Of a stretch of DNA of 64,000 nt, positions 49,426 through 57,301 are shown piece after piece. Origin of the DNA: a virus; the IMG/VR virus record IMGVR_UViG_3300008259_000013, positions 1 to 64,000 of that record; one strand, written 5' to 3'. The notes below the pieces were generated by a model. It did no database searches. It was not told the origin of the DNA and worked only from the letters and a program-made list of their open reading frames with translations. The first letter of the stretch is position 1; each line of letters starts with the position of its first letter. The translations under genes and the position numbers were made by a program.

Positions 49426-49752
49426 ATGGATCATCTTCAAAAATTAGGTATCCAGATAGGGTTTTTAATAAGTGGGCTATTTGGTGCTATATTAATGGCA
49501 ACTAAAAACGCAAAAACAGACGCAAAATCCGTAATTCTTTCTCTTGTAGGAGGAATGTCTGCTGCGAATTTCTTAACTCCTGTATTAGTAGATACTTTGA
49601 ACATTGCTAATGTTAAACACCAAAATGGTGTGGCTTTCATTGCTGGTTTTTTAGGTTTGAAATTGGTTGAATTGATAAGCGAAAAGTTTTTAGAAAAAAT
49701 CGGGCAAAATTCAAAAACTCCCAAAAAAAGAAAGAAAAAAATAAATGGCTAG
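49426..49752 (+). CDS. holin-like 3-TM membrane protein
   Basis: SGLFGA, GGMSAANFLTP, AFIAGFLGL; basic C-terminus. Confidence 0.55.
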   Translation: MDHLQKLGIQIGFLISGLFGAILMATKNAKTDAKSVILSLVGGMSAANFLTPVLVDTLNIANVKHQNGVAFIAGFLGLKLVELISEKFLEKIGQNSKTPKKRKKKING

Positions 49753-51523
49753 CAATATTTTTAATCATATTAGAAGAGGCCTATACGACAACGTTTACAA
49801 TTGTATAGAAAAAGAAAAGGTTAATGTTAATCAGAGAGATGACGATACTGGCAATCCTCCTCTCATTTTCGCGGTCCAAGAAAATCAAAAGGAAATAGTA
49901 ATATTATTGCTTAATCATGGCGCAGATCCTAATATTACTGATTGGACAGGTAAAAATACAGCATTAGATATAGCAGAACAAAAGAATCATATTGGTTTAA
50001 TAGAAATACTGCAAAAGAAAGGCGCAAGATATGGCAGCGGAAGTAGTTTCCATTTAGCCGCCAAAAATGGAGATATAGTTTCAGTAGAAGAGATGCTTAA
50101 TAAAGGTCATACTTTAAATGAAGTTGATGCTGCTAAAGGATGGACTGCTTTGCATTACGCCGTGCATTATGGACAAAAGCATCTTGTGGAGTATTTGCTT
50201 GTTCGCGGGGTTGATGTCAATGCTAAAGACTTCTTAGGTAAAAACAATCCAATAGATGTTCTTGCTCTTGGGAATAGAGGAGAAATAGTTAAAATATTAG
50301 TCAAAGCTGGAGCTAAATCTGCTTATGGATCAAGCATTCATTTCTGTGCCGAAACAGGTGATTTTGCTGGGGTTCAAAAATTCTATGATATTGATGGCAA
50401 AATTAATGGCAGAGACGATAAAAATGGTTGGATGCCAATACATTATGCTGTAAATGCTGGTGATATTGAAATGGTAGAGTATTTAATTTGTTTGGGGGCT
50501 AATGTAAACGGCGCAGATTTCAAAGGAGAAATAGCCCCTTTAGATTTAGCAATTAAAACAGGTAATGCAAAAATGCAAGCATTACTGCAAGCTAAAGGAG
50601 GAACTAGAAAAAAGAAAGTTGATACTGGAGGTGGTAGTGGTCCTGATACATATATTGATGTTTCTATTGTTCTCAAAGACGAAATGCGCAGATATTTTGA
50701 ACGTAGAGAAAAAGAAGAAGCTCGTTTAAAAAAGATTCAAGAAGAAGAAGACGCTAAAAATAAAAATGTAAAGAAAAAAGAAAAGAAAACTGTCAATTGG
50801 CAAGACTTTTTAAAAAGCAAAAATAAACCGACAGAAGAAATAAAAGCTGTAGAAGAAAGAAAACCAGAGCCGCCAAAGCCTCCTAAAAAGATAATTAAGC
50901 AAGTAGAAGCTATTGATGCGGAAGTTAAATCTAGCCGACTTGAATTAGATGTAATACAGCCGGGTTATATATTCTTTATGGATATTGTGGGGTACAGTAA
51001 AAAAACTACAGAAGAGCAAAGAAAATGTTTTAAAGATCTTGGGCAAATCGTCAAAGATACAATTCAATTTAAAACTGCGAATGCTCTTGAAAAATTGATT
51101 GTATTGCCGACTGGAGACGGCATGATCCTTGGTTTCTTTACTTATTTAGAAGATGCTATAAACTGTGGAATTACTGTCGCTAAAGCAGTAAAAAATAGAC
51201 CAGATTTAGAAATGAGAATGGGCATTCATTGCGGTGACGTATGCCCTCTTGAAGATATTAATGGTAATCTTAATATTAGTGGTGATGGCATCAACTATGC
51301 CCAGCGAGTTATGGATGCTGGCGAAGCTAATCATTTGTTAGTAAGTGCTGATGTAATTGTTAAATATGATAGACCTAATTATGTTTTGGTGCAAGATTTG
51401 GGAGATGTTATTGTTAAGCATGGCGTTGTTATGCACTTATACAGTCTTCATGGATCTGATTTCGGAAATAGTAATTTCCCATCTTCGAGAGTCAAAAAAG
51501 CAGAACCAAATACTAAAACATGA
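49745..51523 (+). CDS. ankyrin-repeat / class III nucleotidyl (adenylate/guanylate-type) cyclase fusion
   Basis: Three blocks of ANK repeats (GWTALHYAV, GADVN/GANVN); cyclase FMDIVGYS, PTGDGM, RMGIHCG, GDGINYAQR. Confidence 0.88.
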   Translation: MASNIFNHIRRGLYDNVYNCIEKEKVNVNQRDDDTGNPPLIFAVQENQKEIVILLLNHGADPNITDWTGKNTALDIAEQKNHIGLIEILQKKGARYGSGSSFHLAAKNGDIVSVEEMLNKGHTLNEVDAAKGWTALHYAVHYGQKHLVEYLLVRGVDVNAKDFLGKNNPIDVLALGNRGEIVKILVKAGAKSAYGSSIHFCAETGDFAGVQKFYDIDGKINGRDDKNGWMPIHYAVNAGDIEMVEYLICLGANVNGADFKGEIAPLDLAIKTGNAKMQALLQAKGGTRKKKVDTGGGSGPDTYIDVSIVLKDEMRRYFERREKEEARLKKIQEEEDAKNKNVKKKEKKTVNWQDFLKSKNKPTEEIKAVEERKPEPPKPPKKIIKQVEAIDAEVKSSRLELDVIQPGYIFFMDIVGYSKKTTEEQRKCFKDLGQIVKDTIQFKTANALEKLIVLPTGDGMILGFFTYLEDAINCGITVAKAVKNRPDLEMRMGIHCGDVCPLEDINGNLNISGDGINYAQRVMDAGEANHLLVSADVIVKYDRPNYVLVQDLGDVIVKHGVVMHLYSLHGSDFGNSNFPSSRVKKAEPNTKT

Positions 51524-51732
51524 AAACACTTCCTTTAGTCAGACAGTATCATCAAGATATAACAAATACAGACTTGGATATATACAAGATCGAAAACAAG
51601 GTTTTTGCCGCGCCTATAGACTCTCATCCAGATCCATTTCAGGTGAATGATAGACTAGCAATCAATCAAATTAATGACACAAAAATTAAAATTGTTGTTT
51701 ACAATTCTAAGGGTTTATTTTATATAATTTAA
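51520..51732 (+). CDS. hypothetical protein coupled to cyclase
   Basis: ATGA overlap. Confidence 0.65.
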   Translation: MKTLPLVRQYHQDITNTDLDIYKIENKVFAAPIDSHPDPFQVNDRLAINQINDTKIKIVVYNSKGLFYII

Positions 51733-51773
51733 GGATTTCCAAGTTAATAAAAAAAGTGTAAATAACTATACTT

Positions 51774-51995
51774 ATGTCAGAAGAATATCGCCAAAATAGT
51801 TACGACGCTGTTTTCTCCCGGATGGAGGCGAAACTAGATAAAATTTCTTCTGATATCGTAGAAATGAAAGAAAACGGCAAAGAGGTAGAAAAAAGAGTTG
51901 CCGCGCTAGAATTTTTTAGATATTATCTAGCGGGAATCGTAGCGGCAGGAGGAGCGTTAGCGGGATATTTCTCCTCAAAGATTATGAAAGGTTAA
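51774..51995 (+). CDS. small coiled-coil plus C-terminal TM protein (XhlA/holin-like)
   Basis: RMEAKLD..RVAALE then hydrophobic tail; GTGTAA upstream. Confidence 0.6.
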   Translation: MSEEYRQNSYDAVFSRMEAKLDKISSDIVEMKENGKEVEKRVAALEFFRYYLAGIVAAGGALAGYFSSKIMKG

Positions 51996-53278
51996 TTAAA
52001 TTCTCTGTAGTTAATTCCGCCGTAAACAATAGAATCAGAAGCTCCTAAAGGCTGGCAAGATAAAACAAGAACATCTTTTCTTCCAGTTATAGAAGACCCA
52101 AGTTTTAATAAAGATTTCAAAGAGTCAGCTTGTATGTCTGTCTTAGCTTGAGCATATCCTCCAGCAATACTAAATCCACCAGAAATCACAGTTCCATTCG
52201 GGGCTACAGCATATTCTAAAGAAGAGTTATTTACTCCTGAATAAGTCAAATTATTTATTCCAGAAGGATTTAAATATAACTGCCATTCATAGTTATCATT
52301 GCTAACAGTTAAAAGACTAAGATCCAAAACATCTATTGTAGCTGATAAATATCCAGTTTTTAATCTCGTTGCAATTATTGCGTTTGTGACATTTTTTGTG
52401 GCTGTAACGGCTGAGCCTCTAGTAGAAACATAAGAATTAAGAGCCACTTCTTCTCTTCCTCCTTCGCTAATAACAGCAGAGCAAATGCAATTAATAGTTG
52501 AAGCCGCCCCAGTTCCATCATTAATTATTTGATATCTTAATGGAAGATTAGGCGTTGACATGTAAACAGTTGTCAAATTATTAGCATTCAACAACTCATG
52601 AACATAATACGTTATTCCATTTACATTAAAACCAAATCTTACTCTTCCTACGCCAAGCCATTCGAAGTCTATAATAAATATTTGAGTTTTAGTAAAATCT
52701 AAAGTAATTTCACTTGCTCCTGTGCCGTCCATCTTGTCTATGTTCCAAGATGATTGAGGATAAGGATTGTCTGATGCGCTGCCTCCTGTATAAGTCCTTC
52801 TTACTAGATTTATTGTTCCAGCATTATTTTCAAGAAATAAACCATTATTATCATCAAAATAACCCATTCTTGATATAATACCAGTTCCACCGCCAGATGC
52901 TTTAAGTATACCAGTAATAAATATCAATTGACTCTTAGAGGGCTGATAATTAAACCTCATAAAAGTCTGACGAGTCCTTTTGCCAGCAGTATTTAATGAT
53001 ACTCCTAGAGTTGTAGATGCTGTGTTGGTGGAGTGAGTAGATGTCGTGCCAGAGCCGCTTTCTTGAATATCATCCCAGTACAAAGGTTGATTATCAAAAA
53101 TTTGCTTGCTGTTAAAGATCATTTCGGGATTAGAAACTCTTTGTCTCCCGAAAGCGTCTGCTCCAGCAGCACCGCCAGCAAAATCTGTGGAGTGTATTGG
53201 TCTATATTTATTTAATGAGACATCATAAAGAGTCGGGCAATCTACATGCTCCGGGTTATCTAAGTTAAAGCTGGACAT
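51992..53278 (-). CDS. probable virion structural / lectin-like protein
   Basis: DAFGRQRVSNP, YQPSKS, FEWLGVG, PNLPLRY motifs common in large-phage structural proteins; GTGTAA upstream. Confidence 0.65.
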   Translation of the reverse strand: MSSFNLDNPEHVDCPTLYDVSLNKYRPIHSTDFAGGAAGADAFGRQRVSNPEMIFNSKQIFDNQPLYWDDIQESGSGTTSTHSTNTASTTLGVSLNTAGKRTRQTFMRFNYQPSKSQLIFITGILKASGGGTGIISRMGYFDDNNGLFLENNAGTINLVRRTYTGGSASDNPYPQSSWNIDKMDGTGASEITLDFTKTQIFIIDFEWLGVGRVRFGFNVNGITYYVHELLNANNLTTVYMSTPNLPLRYQIINDGTGAASTINCICSAVISEGGREEVALNSYVSTRGSAVTATKNVTNAIIATRLKTGYLSATIDVLDLSLLTVSNDNYEWQLYLNPSGINNLTYSGVNNSSLEYAVAPNGTVISGGFSIAGGYAQAKTDIQADSLKSLLKLGSSITGRKDVLVLSCQPLGASDSIVYGGINYREFN

Positions 53279-53301
53279 AACCCTATTTACACTGGTTTTA
53301 A

Positions 53302-53874
53302 TTATTTATGCTTCTTAAAAAAATCTATTTTAAATTGGTCAAAATTTTTCCATAGATTCTTAGGGGCAGAATAATTTAATTCTTTAATGCCACGCTTTCT
53401 ATCGTAAATGAATTTTTTTTGCCACTTAGATACGTTTTCAGGAGAAGACTCTGTGTAAATTACAGCTTGAGATTTTTGGCTGATACAAAATGTGTAGGAT
53501 GGTTTTATTTCTTTCTTCTCATACCCAGAGACTGTATCAATAAATATGTCTGGATATGGAAAGTCATCTACGCTAGAAAAAGAAAAATCTCTGCTCTTGC
53601 ATTCGCAAGAAACTTTATCTGCGCCGATAAGTAAGTCTTTATCTTTCTTTCCGTACTTTTTGCGAGAAGCTTTTACATCTTTTCTGGTAGAAAGCCATTC
53701 GTTGTACTGCTCTTCGGAGCAATCGTCTGGATTGAGTTCAAGTCCTATAGATTCAAAAGAAACTAATATTCCTTCGGCTTTAAGCTTTTCTGTTAATATT
53801 GATTGAAATTTAAGACCAGTTTGCAGTTCTTGGTAAAAAAGTTCGTGGTTATCTAACCAATTTTTTTGAGCCAT
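53302..53874 (-). CDS. putative PD-(D/E)XK nuclease-like protein
   Basis: DLLI...CECKSR, FPY. Confidence 0.45.
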   Translation of the reverse strand: MAQKNWLDNHELFYQELQTGLKFQSILTEKLKAEGILVSFESIGLELNPDDCSEEQYNEWLSTRKDVKASRKKYGKKDKDLLIGADKVSCECKSRDFSFSSVDDFPYPDIFIDTVSGYEKKEIKPSYTFCISQKSQAVIYTESSPENVSKWQKKFIYDRKRGIKELNYSAPKNLWKNFDQFKIDFFKKHK

Positions 53875-53881
53875 TATATTA

Positions 53882-54235
53882 TTAGTCTCCCTTTTCTATT
53901 CTGTAGCTATCTTCGTCGAAATGCTGAGTGCTAAATTCAAATAATTCAGTGTCTTCTAGGGCTTGCATTTGATGCTTAAGACCAACTGGAATATGGAAAT
54001 AATCGCCCTTCTTGAGGATAATATTAGAAGAAAGATGCAGTTCTTCATGCCATCCGTAATAAAGAATTATTTTTCCGCTTTGAATATAAAACGTTTCATC
54101 TTTAATCTTATGGTAATGCCAACTGCACTTACGGTCTTTAACAAAATAAAGTAATTTACCGCAATACTTTTCGTTATTGACAATCCACTTTTCAAAACCC
54201 CAACCCTTGGGGACGATATGAAGTTTTTCTTGCAT
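53882..54235 (-). CDS. cupin protein (sugar isomerase-like)
   Basis: KGWG.E.W, CSWHYH..KDETF, H.M, EFST. Confidence 0.8.
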   Translation of the reverse strand: MQEKLHIVPKGWGFEKWIVNNEKYCGKLLYFVKDRKCSWHYHKIKDETFYIQSGKIILYYGWHEELHLSSNIILKKGDYFHIPVGLKHQMQALEDTELFEFSTQHFDEDSYRIEKGD

Positions 54236-55299
54236 TATTTGGCCTTTCTCAATACTTTATTATATTTAGTGACCTTAGATTTCAAAAGCTGATTGTCTTT
54301 ATTAAGTTTAACGTATTCATCATCTACCAGATGAATAAGATCTCCTATTTGAAAATCTTGGCCTTCTTTTACTAGTTTATAATTCTTTTCTTCTTTAGGG
54401 GAAACTTTTGTCATATTTATTGGTTTATTGTCTTGCATGTTAAGATTTGCTTGAATTTTTGGCTTCTATATTTTTTATAGAACCGTAGTTATTGTAAACG
54501 TAATCAAATAGCCATTCTTCGGCTTGTTCGCTTACGTTTACTTTCTCAAGCAATTCGCTATACAATTCAGATTGCTGGTTTTCTAAATTTTTTATCCTGT
54601 TTTGCGTATATCTAATAAACGCCACTTGTTCAGATGTAAATTTCATATCCAGAGAGTGTCGTAGTATTTGGCGAAAAGAGCAAGACCGTTGTCTTTTCTT
54701 TCGTTAAATTTATTAACTTTTTCCATGTATTCTTTCCAGGCTTGTTTTTCTTCTATGGTTTTTTCAGAATTAAATTCACAATCTTCAGCTTTATGAATAA
54801 AGATGTCAGGAATTTCACAAAACTTATCTCCATTAATAATATACTCAAAAGCAAAGATCATTTCGTCCAAAGCGTCATTCATTTCTTTTACGCCTTTAGC
54901 TTCTGCTCTTTCAAACTCTTCGCCTTCAAGGAGATGAAAATTATCTGGCAAAAAACAAGCAGGAATTCCAGTCTTGCCTTTCTTTCTGAAATACTTAAGA
55001 CGAGGCAGTACAAAGAGGGCGATATTGTATCCTAAAGAATAAACATCATCATCAGAAACTCCGTAACGGATCTTCTGGTATTTGCATTTTGCCCACCAGC
55101 GAATATTGCTAGGCCAATCCCTAGCTTTCCAGCCAAGCCTAAAAGGAATAAGATCAAGCAAAAAATCTACATACTTGTTATAAACATAACTATCATCAGA
55201 GAGCATCCTGTCGAAAAACTTTTCGTTTTCTTCTGCTATCTTTCTTTGTCTGGCGATCTCTTCTGGAGATCTAAAATCAAATTCTAGTTGTTGGCTCAT
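54235..55299 (-). other. hypothetical CDS (54235-54438, 54440-54646, 54643-55299)
   Basis: Abutting ORFs. Confidence 0.7.
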
Positions 55300-56039
55300 A
55301 AATTTTTGTAGTTTTTGATTTCCATTTTACCGTTAGTTATAGTCATCCATTCATTTAGATTGGTATCTATGCAGTAATTTTCAGTTTTGCAATGGGTTTG
55401 GATTTTCCCTTTGCGGCGATAAGTGTGACCAAAAATTTGAGGCATGATCTTCAACGGAGCGAACTCTCTGTCAAAGTCAAGCCAAACAATGCCTCCTTTA
55501 GGTTGGTCTCCGCATCTAGAATACCCAGCCCCGTAAAACCAATGAAACTGCTTAGTTCTTATTTTTATATTAGCATCATTTCCTTGGATTGTCAAATATT
55601 CATAAAGATCTTCAGAATTCAAGACTATGGGCGATAAAAAATCATAATGCAAGCCAGCATGAGTGCATAAAAACTCATCAAGGAACAAAAACCAACTAAA
55701 CTTATCAATTATGGCCAGTTTATCTTCTCCGAAGGTTTTGTCTATTACTTGAGATTTGCGATGCTCATAGCCACTACATGTTGTGTATTTATTAGCAAAG
55801 AAATAATGTAAATCGTGATTGCCAAAAAGAGAGATATTACCGCCAGCTAAATAATCTTTAAGAAAAAAAGCGGTCTTCTGAACATCTTCATCTTTGTCGA
55901 TGAAATGGCTGTCGAACCAATCTCCAAGACAAATATTAATGTCGGCGGCTTCATGTTTGATAATTTTTGCAAGCTTGTCGACCTCCTGATGAACATCAGA
56001 AAATATTAAAATTTTATTTCCATTGCTGCTTATTTTCAT
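55296..56039 (-). CDS. calcineurin-like metallophosphoesterase
   Basis: SDVH, LGDWFD, GNHD, THAG, GHT. Confidence 0.85.
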   Translation of the reverse strand: MKISSNGNKILIFSDVHQEVDKLAKIIKHEAADINICLGDWFDSHFIDKDEDVQKTAFFLKDYLAGGNISLFGNHDLHYFFANKYTTCSGYEHRKSQVIDKTFGEDKLAIIDKFSWFLFLDEFLCTHAGLHYDFLSPIVLNSEDLYEYLTIQGNDANIKIRTKQFHWFYGAGYSRCGDQPKGGIVWLDFDREFAPLKIMPQIFGHTYRRKGKIQTHCKTENYCIDTNLNEWMTITNGKMEIKNYKNL

Positions 56040-56041
56040 TT

Positions 56042-56824
56042 TTAAATTTGATTAAGAAAATCCAGATTAGCTTCTGGGCGTAAAATATTATTTACCCTAT
56101 CTAAAAAAGGGCAGGGATATTTTTTGGGATCGAACTGCGCGTTAGAAAGAATTTCTTTGCTAACAAAAGATAGTTCAAATGAGTCAGGAATAAAAAATTT
56201 TTGTATGTATTCGTCGTTTAATTCTTTATCAAATATTCTTTCTGAATAATAAAAATTATCAGAATTATTGTTGCCGTGGACATGGCAAAGATAAAAATAT
56301 TGATTTAACAAGCTCATGCAATCAAAGAACATACTTCTTGTTGTTTTGTCCGAAAGTCCATGAAACTCAATTAATAATCCAGTTGTGATTTTAGATAAAT
56401 GTTGTATGTCTGATCGAGCTAAGTATTCGTATTCGTTGCCTTCTACGTCTATCTTTAATAAAACTTTATCGAAAAAAGTGTTTGCGTGTTGATCCCAGGT
56501 CGGATTAAAATATTTATTGTAATGATTTGCGAAATTATCAGTTTTTTCTGTTTTGTTTCCGGATAATCCTTCTGGAAAATAAATAATTTTATTCTCGTAT
56601 TGAGCGGGTGTTTTAAAATCACATGTGTGATCGAAGCTAAAAGCTTTTTTGTTTGTTGCTTCTACGTAGTCTATTTCAAGAGATATATCATTGCCGACTC
56701 CGTAACTAAATAAACAAGCGCTTTGGCAAAGAGCTTGTAGGGGAACAACATAACCTCCATCGCATGGATTACCAAGACGGACTTTCGGAAATCTAGGGTC
56801 ATATAATTTAAGCTGCTCAATCAT
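56042..56824 (-). CDS. FkbM/Methyltransf_22-like protein
   Basis: RLG...DGGY, SYGVG, FDH, LKIDVEGNE, IEFH, HVHGNN. Confidence 0.75.
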   Translation of the reverse strand: MIEQLKLYDPRFPKVRLGNPCDGGYVVPLQALCQSACLFSYGVGNDISLEIDYVEATNKKAFSFDHTCDFKTPAQYENKIIYFPEGLSGNKTEKTDNFANHYNKYFNPTWDQHANTFFDKVLLKIDVEGNEYEYLARSDIQHLSKITTGLLIEFHGLSDKTTRSMFFDCMSLLNQYFYLCHVHGNNNSDNFYYSERIFDKELNDEYIQKFFIPDSFELSFVSKEILSNAQFDPKKYPCPFLDRVNNILRPEANLDFLNQI

Positions 56825-57206
56825 ACATCTTTATTATTTTTCCTTCAGCGTTGCTATACCAAATGTTTTTAATATTAAGCTGCTTTAATAAGCTTTGGCA
56901 CCCAGGGCAAGGCTTACTCATGTTTAATTTACCGTTTCTATCTATTCTTATCACTAGCATATTGTATTTAGACAAATCTTCTTTGTCTACTTTTAAAATA
57001 CAATCTAATTCAGCGTGAATACCGACATACCCTTCGTGATAAGGGTGCCTTGCTGTTTCTGGGTGGGTTCTGCGTTTATTAATTCCTATTTTGTCTATTA
57101 CGTTTAATTTAATTAAAAAAGCTATGTGACTATTTTTGTTTTCTTTATTTGTCGGGCATAGCGATTCGGCTATCCTTATGGCTTTTTCTATTACCCGCTG
57201 TTTCAT
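56817..57206 (-). CDS. Zn-dependent cytidine/dCMP deaminase-fold protein
   Basis: HAE and SKPCPGC motifs. Confidence 0.8.
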   Translation of the reverse strand: MKQRVIEKAIRIAESLCPTNKENKNSHIAFLIKLNVIDKIGINKRRTHPETARHPYHEGYVGIHAELDCILKVDKEDLSKYNMLVIRIDRNGKLNMSKPCPGCQSLLKQLNIKNIWYSNAEGKIIKMYD

Positions 57207-57212
57207 TTATCT

Positions 57213-57240
57213 AGTGTGGTCGAAAATGTGCGGAAGTCAA
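57213..57240 (-). promoter_or_regulatory. leaderless promoter TTGACT-N16-CACACT
   Basis: ATG 57206 is 6 nt downstream. Confidence 0.6.
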
Positions 57241-57301
57241 GTTTTTTTTTAGAAAAATAGGGTTATTATTTTACTACTTTAAAGGTAATAATCAATAAAG
57301 T

